Positions 27,001-36,163 of a stretch of 64,000 nucleotides of DNA are shown in pieces. Both the position numbers and the translations under genes were made by a program. The notes beneath the pieces are model-generated. The model did no database searches. It saw only the letters and a list, made by a program, of their open reading frames with translations, and was not told the DNA's origin. How positions within the stretch are numbered: the stretch's first letter is position 1; every line of letters starts with the position of its first letter. Source of the stretch: Chloroflexota bacterium (lineage in GTDB: Bacteria; Chloroflexota; Dehalococcoidia; Dehalococcoidales; UBA2162); assembly GCA_016190825.1 (NCBI GenBank), contig JACPPV010000039.1:10215-74214 (forward strand), written 5' to 3'.

Positions 27001-28104
27001 CTAGTGGCCCAGGACATGCCAGTGACTGATAGGGCCGGTGAGAAGCATCAGGAGCAGGGTGATGCCTAGGCTCAGAATCACTGCCAGACCCAACATCGGA
27101 GCAAGCTTGGTGTTAACATCCCACGGCCGGCCGGGACCGGGAATGCGAAATACCTGGAACATGACCCGGAAATAGGTGAACCAGATGAGGGCCGCCGTGG
27201 CAACAACCGTCAGCAACCAGGATAATACTCCCCCGGGAAGCCTGAACGCGGAAGTCGGAGCATTGTTGTCCTCGTCAAGCCCCATAGCAGATTTCGGACC
27301 GAAAACCACTTCCTCTCCTGGAGCCGGTAAATCTATCCCGATGTGCGTTGCATAGAAAGGTTTGTCTGCCGCGCCCAGGACAAGAGCCGCCGAGGATTCG
27401 GCCCCCCCGTACCGCGCCACCAGCTGGACTTCGCCATCAAACCGGGGCGTATAATCCAGGAGAGCCACTCCCCTAGCATCAGTGGCTGCCTCACCGATCT
27501 CCATTAAGCCACCTCCGTTAAGAAAGCTCACCCTGGCCAGGAACTTCACCGTCTCCCCGGCTATTGGTTTGCCGTCTTTGTCCTTGATTTCTGCCGAAAT
27601 AGCCAGCAAACGGCCAGCGGACCCTTCATTGGGAGCGGTCAGGACCAGGGAAATGCCTTCAACTGCTGCTGGCGGTGCCGCCGGTTCGACCGGTGCCGCA
27701 GCCAGCGACCAGAGGAAGGTGAGTACTTGCCAGCGCTGTTCCTCTGAAAACGCAGATTTGTAGGGAGGCATTCCCTTGTTCAAGCGTCCTTCGCTCAGTA
27801 CCCAGAAATGATGGTCAGGCTGCTCCTCCAAGTGCTTGCGGAGTTCTGGATTATCACCGAAATGGACGGTGGGCACGGCATCGCCCTTAACACCGTGACA
27901 CCCCACGCACGATTGTGTATAAAGTCGCTTGCCCGCTTCCTGCGCCGCCGCGTCCTCCCAGCGGAAGGGGTTCTTCATTCCGGCATAGGGCGGCGGTACT
28001 TCTTCCTGGGCGATAGCAGCCCGCGGCACCAGGGACAGGAGAAGAACGCCAACCACGGCCGCAAGAGGCAAGATCGCTAGTGTAGCAAACCTCATTTTAT
28101 TCAT
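27001..28104 (-). CDS. Monoheme c-type cytochrome fused to a beta-rich domain and C-terminal TM helices
   Basis: Signal peptide, one CxxCH (CVGCH) with a distal Met region (LNKGMPPY). An Ig-like middle part and two C-terminal hydrophobic helices follow. Confidence 0.75.
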   Translation of the reverse strand: MNKMRFATLAILPLAAVVGVLLLSLVPRAAIAQEEVPPPYAGMKNPFRWEDAAAQEAGKRLYTQSCVGCHGVKGDAVPTVHFGDNPELRKHLEEQPDHHFWVLSEGRLNKGMPPYKSAFSEEQRWQVLTFLWSLAAAPVEPAAPPAAVEGISLVLTAPNEGSAGRLLAISAEIKDKDGKPIAGETVKFLARVSFLNGGGLMEIGEAATDARGVALLDYTPRFDGEVQLVARYGGAESSAALVLGAADKPFYATHIGIDLPAPGEEVVFGPKSAMGLDEDNNAPTSAFRLPGGVLSWLLTVVATAALIWFTYFRVMFQVFRIPGPGRPWDVNTKLAPMLGLAVILSLGITLLLMLLTGPISHWHVLGH

Positions 28105-28155
28105 TCCCTTTCTGACTCACCCTTTCCGTACCTCGCAGTTAACTCCAAAATCCTT

Positions 28156-29562
28156 TCAACTTTGTGTCTCTTCTAACCGCCTCTGGGCAGCGCTACCGCC
28201 CATCCCCTCAGCCTCCTCCAGAGTCCCCGAAGGCCGCTCAACTGCTTCCAGCGTAGCATGTTCGGCGGATTCCATCTCCTCCGCCACTTCCCATACGGAG
28301 ATCAAAGGCATCACCTTGGCGAAGATGGCAAAGATCAGGATGAAGGCGGCGAAGGCGGCAGCAGTGATTGACCACTCAACCCAGGTAGGCCGGTATGCGC
28401 CAAACTCAAACGGCATCAACGGCACCTGCAAGCTGGGGACCAGGATGAGGAACCGCTTGACCCACATGGCAGCGTTGACCAGGACAGCCGCAATCAGCAT
28501 CCGCGGTATGACCGGGCCGCGCCTTACAATGATCAACACCGCCGGTATCACCAGTCCGGCGACCACGAAGAACCAGAACCAGCCAGCGCTCTCTCCCACC
28601 AGCAGCAGTTCAAGGAGGTGCTTGTCCTCGATTTCCAGCTTATAACCCGTGGTCAGGTATTCGCCGACGGTCAGATAAAAGTAGACCAGGAGCGCCACCA
28701 GCATCAGGTAGCCAAGATTGCGGAAGTGCCTGGCCGTAATAAATTCCTCAAGATGGTAAAACTTTCGAAACAGCGCCATAACGATGAGGAGCGAAGCGAT
28801 GCCGGAGAAGATGGCGCCGATGACGAAGTAGACGCCGAAGACAGTACTATTCCAGCCTGGCCGCAGTGTCATGGAGAAGACATATGAGACAACGGTATGG
28901 ACCGAGACGGCAATGGGTATTATGGTTACCGCCATAATGCCGATCGCCTTTTCCAGGCGGTGTCGCTGTTCGGGCGTGTTCCGCCATCCCACCGCCAGCC
29001 AGGTGTATATCTTCCTCTTAATCGCCGATGCGTCCCGCCCAAGCCGGTCCCGCATTAGCGCCAGGTCCGGAATGGCGGGCAGATAAAGGTACACCAGACT
29101 CCCGGTCAGGTAGGAAGTAATCGAGATGATATCCCAGAGAAGTGGCGATTGGAAACGCCCGAAAGCGATCATGTGCCACACCCTCTCAGGACGCCCCATG
29201 TCTATGATCGGCATCAGCGCACCGATCGAGATAGCCACCACGGTAATCATCTCCGCCATCCGGGTGATCGGCGTGCGCCAGCTTGCCTGAGTAACGCGTA
29301 AAATGGCGGAGATGAGCGTCCCGGCATGACTGATGCCGATGAAGAAGACAAAATTCACCATGTATATTCCCCAGAACACCTGGTCACGCATCCCGGTGGT
29401 GACCAGCCCCCAGCGGATCTGCGTCACGTAGGCATAAAAACCCCAGGCGACTACCGCCACCAGGAAGAGAACGAAGAGGTAATAACTAGTGGTGGTCCGG
29501 GCAAGCGGGTCCAAGGCTATGCGCTCCAGACGCCGGTGCCCGGTCTCAATCCTTGGTCTCAT
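28156..29562 (-). CDS. NrfD/PsrC-family polytopic quinone-interacting membrane subunit
   Basis: 468 aa with about 10 TM helices. Follows and overlaps a NrfC-like FeS subunit, which is the typical NrfD arrangement. Confidence 0.8.
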   Translation of the reverse strand: MRPRIETGHRRLERIALDPLARTTTSYYLFVLFLVAVVAWGFYAYVTQIRWGLVTTGMRDQVFWGIYMVNFVFFIGISHAGTLISAILRVTQASWRTPITRMAEMITVVAISIGALMPIIDMGRPERVWHMIAFGRFQSPLLWDIISITSYLTGSLVYLYLPAIPDLALMRDRLGRDASAIKRKIYTWLAVGWRNTPEQRHRLEKAIGIMAVTIIPIAVSVHTVVSYVFSMTLRPGWNSTVFGVYFVIGAIFSGIASLLIVMALFRKFYHLEEFITARHFRNLGYLMLVALLVYFYLTVGEYLTTGYKLEIEDKHLLELLLVGESAGWFWFFVVAGLVIPAVLIIVRRGPVIPRMLIAAVLVNAAMWVKRFLILVPSLQVPLMPFEFGAYRPTWVEWSITAAAFAAFILIFAIFAKVMPLISVWEVAEEMESAEHATLEAVERPSGTLEEAEGMGGSAAQRRLEETQS

Positions 29563-30523
29563 TAGGTCTCCTTTTCCATGTCAAAGGCTCTATCTGGTAA
29601 TTGTATCCATCCCCACCCCAGTTCCACACCGGCCGCTTCAATGGCCGGGGGTCAGAAGCATGGCGATTGAAATTCTGACCATGCCCCGGCAAATACCAGA
29701 CCCGCGGCTGGGTGCCAAGGCCTTCCTTCCAGCGGAAGGCATCATTTTCGTCAAGGAATTTTGATAGCTGCACCACCTCAACCCCGTTGCTGGCGATGTC
29801 TTCATTTCTGTCACCCATATAGAGCGCCTTCATCGGGCAACCGGCGACGCAGTAGGGCAGCTTGCCATCGCGCAAGAAATGGGCGCAGAACATGCACTTT
29901 ATCACCGTTCCTTTCACCGCCGGAACAGGATACAGGGGCGAATAGTGCGCCAGGGCCGCCTCAGGCGGCACCTCCGGAGCCGCCCAGTTAAAGAAGCGGC
30001 GGTGGTACGGGCAGGCTGCCATGCACATACGGCAGCCGATACACCGCTTGTGGTCGATGAGGACCACTCCGTCTTCGTTGTGATAGGTGGCGGCTACGGG
30101 GCACACGTTAACGCAGGGGGCGTTTTCGCACTGGTAGCACGGTACCGGCAGGAAACTCTGCCCGCCGCCGGGCAGGTCCACACCGAATATCTGGATCCAC
30201 TCTTGCCCCTTGGGAGCGAAATGCCCGTCGATACAGGCCTGGGTGCACTGGGGCGGAGCATCTATGGTGACGCAACCGTCACATTTCTTCAGATCTACGA
30301 CCATTGTCCAGGCCCGTACCTTCTTCGGGTCGCCTCCCTCATTCGAATGCGAGGTATCGTGTGAAGGGCCGGGCAGGGGTACATTCGCTGCCTTCACCGG
30401 GTTCAGCACTGGTAGGAAGGGGGAGGACAGCACCGCTGCCAGCCCCGCCCCCGCCGACCACTTCAGGAACTGCCGCCTGCCTAGCTTTTTTCCGTCTTGT
30501 TTATCTGGCACTGCACGTCCCAA
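29546..30523 (-). CDS. Tat-exported 4x[4Fe-4S] ferredoxin-type subunit (NrfC/DmsB/DsrO-like)
   Basis: Twin-arginine leader (GRRQFLKWSAGAGLAAV). Cys clusters CDGCVT..C, CYQCENAPCVNVCP, CIGCRMCMAACP and CMFCAH...CVAGCP. Confidence 0.85.
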   Translation of the reverse strand: MGRAVPDKQDGKKLGRRQFLKWSAGAGLAAVLSSPFLPVLNPVKAANVPLPGPSHDTSHSNEGGDPKKVRAWTMVVDLKKCDGCVTIDAPPQCTQACIDGHFAPKGQEWIQIFGVDLPGGGQSFLPVPCYQCENAPCVNVCPVAATYHNEDGVVLIDHKRCIGCRMCMAACPYHRRFFNWAAPEVPPEAALAHYSPLYPVPAVKGTVIKCMFCAHFLRDGKLPYCVAGCPMKALYMGDRNEDIASNGVEVVQLSKFLDENDAFRWKEGLGTQPRVWYLPGHGQNFNRHASDPRPLKRPVWNWGGDGYNYQIEPLTWKRRPNETKD

Positions 30524-30536
30524 CTTTCACCAAACT

Positions 30537-31322
30537 TTACCGGGAGCCTGCTACCGATGCCGTTCCCTGGGGTTGAGGCAACCTGCCAGCCAGGGCGGTA
30601 ACGATATCCAGGGTCAAGGGTATGATGGTTGTATTCCGCTCGCCGGCCATCTCGACCATGGTTTGGAGATAGCGCAGTTGCAATGCTGCGGGTTGTCCCT
30701 GGAGAATACGGGCAGCTTCCGCCAGGGTATCTGCCGCCGCCCGTTCGCCCTCGGCATGGATGACCTTTGCCCTCTTTTCCCGCTCCGATTCAGCCTGACG
30801 GGCCATCGCTCGCTGCATTCCTTCCGGCAGCAAAACGTCTTTCACTTCCACCAGGCTCGCCCTCACGCCCCATGGCAGTTCGCTCTGCTCATCAATGATC
30901 TGCCTCAGCCTCAGATTGATCTGGTCACGATGGGCAAGAAGCTCGTCCAGCTCTGATTGACCCAGTACGCTCCGCAAAGTGGTCAAGGCCAGTTGCACAA
31001 TTGCGTCCCGATAATTCTCCACGTTGATCACTACCTTTACGGGGTCGATCACATGGAAGTAAACGACGGCGTCCACTTTCACGGTAACGTTGTCCCGGGT
31101 GATGACCTCCTGCGGCTCCAGCACCGTGGTCACAATGCGCAGGCTGACTTTGGTCATGCGGTCAATGAAAGGCATAATCATATTCAGACCGGGTTCTCTG
31201 ATGCCCACGAGGCGTCCGAAACGGAACACCACGCCGCGCTCATACTGCTTCACGATTCTGGAAGCACCCGCCAACAAAACAAGGGCTGCAAGAATTATTA
31301 ACACAACAATTCCCGGATTCAT
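30537..31322 (-). CDS. SPFH/band-7 (stomatin-like) membrane protein
   Basis: N-terminal TM, then VKQYERGVVFRFGRL...GLNMIMPFIDR...TRDNVTVKVDAVVYF and an Ala/Glu-rich coiled-coil tail. Confidence 0.85.
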   Translation of the reverse strand: MNPGIVVLIILAALVLLAGASRIVKQYERGVVFRFGRLVGIREPGLNMIMPFIDRMTKVSLRIVTTVLEPQEVITRDNVTVKVDAVVYFHVIDPVKVVINVENYRDAIVQLALTTLRSVLGQSELDELLAHRDQINLRLRQIIDEQSELPWGVRASLVEVKDVLLPEGMQRAMARQAESEREKRAKVIHAEGERAAADTLAEAARILQGQPAALQLRYLQTMVEMAGERNTTIIPLTLDIVTALAGRLPQPQGTASVAGSR

Positions 31323-31503
31323 ATACTTATTCTCCTCCTTTCAAAGGCATTTTCCAGCTTTTTGTCACATCCCTTTATCCACCGCACCACATAATTGGCG
31401 TCTCTCTCATCATACTAACCTCCTTTCCCCGCGGTGATGACGATGTTCATTCTTTCTCTGCCCTCCCCCTATCATCACCGGCAGGCAAAACCTGTACAGG
31501 TCG

Positions 31504-31974
31504 CTACAGAGATGACCGCTCAGTAATTAGAATCCGCCTCGTCTCATCGAGGCGTGAAGCCACCACCCTGATCAGCCCTTTCAGCACTTCATATCCAATT
31601 CCGGGATTATCCCGGAGAAGCCACCGTAGCCTGTCTCCGGCCACCGATAACGCCTTGACCGGCTGCAAGCATACCGCAGTAAGTGTGTACTTGTAGGGAT
31701 CGACGACGAATGACCAGCCGATTACATCATTTCTATCGGCAACATCAACGGTAATCCGGCGGCTTGTCTGGGCATCCGCCCCCGAAAGAGTCATTTGCAA
31801 GGCAACCCTGCCTTCCTGGACTATCAGCAGTTCCGTGGCGCTATCGCCCTCCTGGAAAATGGTAGTGCCAGCTTCGTATTGCTTCTCTTGAACAAACTCC
31901 GCTATTATCCCCAAATCAGCATCGCTCAAGGGTGATAATACGACATTCTTCTTCAGATCCTCTATCGCTACCAT
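31504..31974 (-). CDS. Stand-alone cyclic-nucleotide-binding-domain protein
   Basis: 156 aa with a cNMP-binding beta-roll pattern (IFQEGDSATELLIVQEGRVAL...). No DNA-binding domain is attached. Confidence 0.7.
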   Translation of the reverse strand: MVAIEDLKKNVVLSPLSDADLGIIAEFVQEKQYEAGTTIFQEGDSATELLIVQEGRVALQMTLSGADAQTSRRITVDVADRNDVIGWSFVVDPYKYTLTAVCLQPVKALSVAGDRLRWLLRDNPGIGYEVLKGLIRVVASRLDETRRILITERSSL

Positions 31975-32164
31975 GGCACCGTCCTTACATATCTTGTAGC
32001 CCGGATTTACCGGATATTCTCTTTGTCACAAGACTACAATAGCACGGGCGGGCATGGCGGGAAATCCCCATCGCAAATGAATTTTGCTAGGCATAAGCAC
32101 GTAATATGACTACACATAAATAATGAGGCGTCTCATGCTAAGTAAGTAGGCAGACCGTGACCGC

Positions 32165-32833
32165 TCAGGAATCGAGCGTGATAAATCCCTGCCGCAGGGC
32201 ATACTTGATTAGCTCAGCCGGGCTGTGCAGTCCGAGTTTAGCCATGACATGAGCACGGTGGGTCTGAACCGTGGTTACACTTAGCTTGAGGAGATCAGCG
32301 ATCTCTTGATTCGTGTTTCCCTCGGCGATAAGCTTGAGTATCTCCCTTTCGCGGTTGGTGAGCCCGTCATAGCTCTCCCGCCCCTGCCCGGCGCCGATCC
32401 GGTGCAGATAGTCGGTCATCAGCTTCTTCGCCATGGTCGGGTAAAGGAAGACGTCTCCCCGCGCCACGGCATGTATGGCAGATACCAGTTCGCTAGCCGA
32501 ACCGCCCTTGATGAAGTAGCCCGATGCTCCAACTTTAAGAATCTCAAAAAAATACTCGTCGCTCTCATGCATTGTCAGCACCAGCACCTTGATTTGCGGG
32601 CTCTGCTGCTTGATCCGGCGGGTCGCCTCAAGTCCATTAAGAACAGGCATGGTGATATCCATCAGGATAATGTCCGGCTGGATATCTTTCGCCTTCTGTA
32701 CCGCTTCCGCGCCGTCTACCGCCTCAGCCACCATTTCAATATCCGGCTGGTCCTCCAGTAAAGCCCGGACTCCCTGCCGCACAATAGTATGGTCATCGAC
32801 AATCATCAGGCGTATCTTGTCTGTCTGACTCAT
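32165..32833 (-). CDS. Two-component response regulator, NarL/LuxR family
   Basis: REC domain (LMIVDDHTIVRQG...DIILMDITMP) plus a LuxR HTH (LTNREREILKLIAEGNTNQEIADLLKLSVTTVQTHR). Confidence 0.9.
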   Translation of the reverse strand: MSQTDKIRLMIVDDHTIVRQGVRALLEDQPDIEMVAEAVDGAEAVQKAKDIQPDIILMDITMPVLNGLEATRRIKQQSPQIKVLVLTMHESDEYFFEILKVGASGYFIKGGSASELVSAIHAVARGDVFLYPTMAKKLMTDYLHRIGAGQGRESYDGLTNREREILKLIAEGNTNQEIADLLKLSVTTVQTHRAHVMAKLGLHSPAELIKYALRQGFITLDS

Positions 32834-32907
32834 TTTCTATTCGATCCTCTCTTCGCATCTACCCTGCCCATTCTATGGATGTAGAGGCGCTTCCGGCTGT
32901 CTCCCAA

Positions 32908-35280
32908 TCAGACCCCCGTTTGCGGCGCCTGGATACCACCAATACTGTCACTTCCCGCCGTGGAAATGGCCAGCGGGATCCGCACCATCACAGATGTCCC
33001 TTCTTCCGGGCGCGAGCTAATATCAAAACTGCCGCCAAGGAGAATAACCCTTTCCTTGATCCCTAATAGACCCAGCGCCTTCTTGCCAACCCTTGATTCG
33101 AAAGTTTCCTCGATATCAAAACCTCTGCCATCATCTTCCACGGTGGCGGTAATCATGTCATCCTTCACCTCAAGCCGTATCCTGGCATGAGTAGCGCCGG
33201 CGTGTTTCACGATATTATTAACTGCCTCCTGGATGATGCGGAACAGCGCAGTCTCTACCATCGGAGCAATGCGTCCGCTCATTCCCTTGATTTCAAACTC
33301 GATCTGGACGCCGGCGCCGCCGAGGCGGCTCGTGACATAAGCGCGAACAGCCGGAACCAAGCCGAGGTCATCCAGCACAGATGGACGGAGGTCGAGGGTG
33401 AGCCGCCGCAAATCATCCAGTGTGCGGCTGACAAGCGACTTTACACTGCTTAGCTTCTCCCGGAGTTGCGCCTGCTGGAGCGATGTCATGTTCTCCAGTG
33501 ACTCAATGCTCATGATCAGTCCGGTGAGGGTCTGCCCGAGCTCATCGTGCAGCTCCCGGGCAATGCGCTTGCGCTCCTCCTCCTGAGCAGTGATAGCGCT
33601 TTGCAGAAGCTGGCCCCGTATTTTCTCTTTCTGCTTTGCCTCTTCATAAAGCATAGAGTTTTCAATGGCCAGCCCTACGTGTGAGCCGATGGAAGCCAGA
33701 AGACGGAAGTCCCCTTCAGTGTAGTAGTGGCTATTCGAGCCGGTCAGGTTCATAATGCCCAGTGTCTTGTCCTTGGAGTTCAGGGGCACACTGACAAAAA
33801 ACGTGATACCATCCGCTACGGCATCGGCCAATCTGGGGCACTGGGAAACATCATTAACCATGAGCAGATGCCCGTGGAGCAGTACCTGGTGGCAGGCGCA
33901 GTTCATATCGCTCGTGCCAGCCTCCTGGCACTGGAAGATACCGTCCGAGCCCCGTCTTACCATTACTTTCAGCCTGCTTTCCCCCGAAACGCGGAGAAAT
34001 ACGCACCCGGTGCTGGTCTGGGTAATTTCCAGCACCTTCCTCAAAGCATTTTCCAGTACATCCTCGAGGGCAAGGGACTGGCTCACCGTGGCGGTGATGG
34101 AATTGAGTGCCGACAATTCCCTGTTGCGCTGCGTCAATTCATCCCTGTACCTTGACAGCTCATGGGTCATCATCTTGAAAGCCCCGCTCAACTCTCCGGT
34201 CTCATCCGTCTGAGGTCTGAGCGGGATGACCGTCTCAAAATCACCGTTGGCAACCCTTTTCGCCGCCACCGTAAGCGTGCGGATGGGGATAACAATTCCC
34301 TGCATCATCACCCATGTCAGCAACACGCCACTGAACAGTATCCCTCCGCCCAGGAAAAGGAATCTCTGCTGCAAAAGCCGTGTCAGCGCCAAGGCTTCTT
34401 CTTCCGATTGCCGGATCACGATCCCCCAGGAGGTAAAGGATAAAGGGGCAAAGGCAAGCACGTCCCGCCGTCTCTCAATTTGCGTCTCAGTTTCGTGGCA
34501 GCGGTGGCACCGCCCCACGGTGGGCGTTTTCTGGCTGATAATCTCGGCAAAGCGGCCGGGATGGTCACTCTCCTCGAACTCCCCCGGCGGAGAGCCCGGG
34601 GCGGTGCGGGTAAGGACAAACCCGTTGCCGTCAACTATCTCAATGTATCCGGTCTTGCCAACAGTGACCACAGGGTTGAAGGCGTAGTTTTGCGATGCCT
34701 CCATATCTATTGAAATTAGCAGCCCGCCGACAATCGAACCCTTCTCATCAAAGAGGGGGACGGTAATAAGCACCACCGGTCTGCCAAACTGCGGGCTTGA
34801 TACCAGATTTGAGACCGTCAATATCCCGGATTGCAGTGTCTGTTGTACTTCAGGATAACCGGCCAGGTTAGTCCCCTCGATAGCGGGTTCAAGCGGGACA
34901 AGCCGGACCGCTGTGCCAGCGCTATCAACAAGAACCACGTGCCGCACAATAACCAGTGAGCTTGCCAGCGCCTCACGCAGCGAACTTGCCATTGATTCAA
35001 AACGTTCCTTGCCCGGCAGTTCATTTCCGATTTCAGCGACACTTTGGAGCTCAGCCACCACCTGCGAGAGGGCTCCATCAAGCTGCCTTGCCATCAAGAG
35101 GGCCATAGCAAGGCGCTCGTTAAAAACTTCATCAACGCTCTCATTGACAGATTTCACACCCAGCCAGCTAAATAGCCCGAGGCCGGCAGCCAGCAGCGCC
35201 AGGACAAAGATGCTTATCTTTTTCTGAAGTGTCATCCTGGAAAGAGACATCCGGAGCGAATGGCTAAATCCATTTTTCAA
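32908..35280 (-). CDS. Sensor histidine kinase: periplasmic Cache-like domain with CxxCH, HAMP, GAF, HisKA_3, HATPase_c
   Basis: TM1 at about aa 22-42 and TM2 at about aa 305-330. CHRCH at aa 258-262 lies between them. HAMP (PIRTLTVAAKRVANGDFE), a GAF-like region, the H-box ARELHDELGQTL (NarX/LiaS type) and ATPase N/G boxes. Confidence 0.85.
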   Translation of the reverse strand: MKNGFSHSLRMSLSRMTLQKKISIFVLALLAAGLGLFSWLGVKSVNESVDEVFNERLAMALLMARQLDGALSQVVAELQSVAEIGNELPGKERFESMASSLREALASSLVIVRHVVLVDSAGTAVRLVPLEPAIEGTNLAGYPEVQQTLQSGILTVSNLVSSPQFGRPVVLITVPLFDEKGSIVGGLLISIDMEASQNYAFNPVVTVGKTGYIEIVDGNGFVLTRTAPGSPPGEFEESDHPGRFAEIISQKTPTVGRCHRCHETETQIERRRDVLAFAPLSFTSWGIVIRQSEEEALALTRLLQQRFLFLGGGILFSGVLLTWVMMQGIVIPIRTLTVAAKRVANGDFETVIPLRPQTDETGELSGAFKMMTHELSRYRDELTQRNRELSALNSITATVSQSLALEDVLENALRKVLEITQTSTGCVFLRVSGESRLKVMVRRGSDGIFQCQEAGTSDMNCACHQVLLHGHLLMVNDVSQCPRLADAVADGITFFVSVPLNSKDKTLGIMNLTGSNSHYYTEGDFRLLASIGSHVGLAIENSMLYEEAKQKEKIRGQLLQSAITAQEEERKRIARELHDELGQTLTGLIMSIESLENMTSLQQAQLREKLSSVKSLVSRTLDDLRRLTLDLRPSVLDDLGLVPAVRAYVTSRLGGAGVQIEFEIKGMSGRIAPMVETALFRIIQEAVNNIVKHAGATHARIRLEVKDDMITATVEDDGRGFDIEETFESRVGKKALGLLGIKERVILLGGSFDISSRPEEGTSVMVRIPLAISTAGSDSIGGIQAPQTGV

Positions 35281-35339
35281 GTATCAATAACTCCCCGCCA
35301 ACATGAATCAAGTGGTGCTCAGTTTATGTAAATAGCAGC

Positions 35340-35420
35340 ATAAACTGGCTCAGTTGCCCCGCCGTTCGCCCTGAACCGGTCGAAGGGCTTACCACGAACC
35401 GCGCATAGTAGCGCTTTTCT
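35340..35420. repeat. Intergenic dispersed repeat copy
   Basis: ccgttcgccctgaaccggtcgaagggc (35362-35388) matches the 63560-63585 copy. It also matches, in reverse orientation, the 18.56 and 26.92 kb copies. Confidence 0.6.
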
Positions 35421-35433
35421 CTGCAACCAGTCA

Positions 35434-36123
35434 CTAAAACAATCCCTGTCTCTTAAGGCTGACATGCTTTTTTTCACCAATGATAACGTGGTCCAGGACA
35501 TCAATCCCCATGATCTCCCCCGCCTGGGCTAATCGCTTGCTCAGTTCGATATCGTCCTGGGATGGCTCCGGATTTCCAGAAGGGTGATTGTGCACGAAAA
35601 TGACAGAGGCCGCGCTGGCGGATACCGCCTCCCTGAACACCTCGCGCGGGTGGACGATGCTACTATCCAGGCTGCCCACCGAAACTTCAACGGTCTTGAT
35701 TAGCTGGCCGCGGGTATCCAGAAGCAGCGTCAGAAAATGTTCCTGTTTTTTCCCCCTCAACGCCCCCTGCATCAGCCTGGCCACGTCATCGGGTGTTTTC
35801 ACCGTGTCCTTTTCCCCCGGTCCGGGCGCGGCATCTAGACGCCTCGCTAGCTCAAAGGCGGCCTTTATTTGTGAGGCTTTGGCCAGCCCGATACCCTTCA
35901 GCTGCGCCATTTCTTCGATGGAAGCATCGGCTATTCCCCTCAAGCTGCCGAACTGGCTGAGCAACCTTTGCACCGTGACCATAACCGATTCGCCGGCAAT
36001 TCCCCGCCCCAGAATCAATGCCAGTATCTCCTGGGATGAGAGGGCATCTGCTCCGAGCTTTTGAAGCCTTTCCCGTGGCCTTTCTGTTACGGGAAGGTCC
36101 CTGATGGTGAATGACCTTTTCAC
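35434..36123 (-). CDS. radC: RadC-family (JAB/MPN domain) protein
   Basis: IRDLPVTERPRERLQKLGADALSSQEILALILGRG (HhH part) and the JAMM motif HNHPSGNPEPSQDD. I chose the GTG at 36123 to avoid the overlap with prfB that the track start (36246) creates. Confidence 0.8.
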   Translation of the reverse strand: MKRSFTIRDLPVTERPRERLQKLGADALSSQEILALILGRGIAGESVMVTVQRLLSQFGSLRGIADASIEEMAQLKGIGLAKASQIKAAFELARRLDAAPGPGEKDTVKTPDDVARLMQGALRGKKQEHFLTLLLDTRGQLIKTVEVSVGSLDSSIVHPREVFREAVSASAASVIFVHNHPSGNPEPSQDDIELSKRLAQAGEIMGIDVLDHVIIGEKKHVSLKRQGLF

Positions 36124-36163
36124 AGCTCCAATCTCAGAACCGCTATTATCCGGCACTCTTTCG

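Noticed and set aside
35319-35504. ORFs 35319..35504(-) and 63442..63645(-).
   Set aside because: They are built from the dispersed intergenic repeat motifs (peptides like ..PFDRFRANG.., ..RQLRANG..). That argues they are translation artefacts of repeats, not genes.
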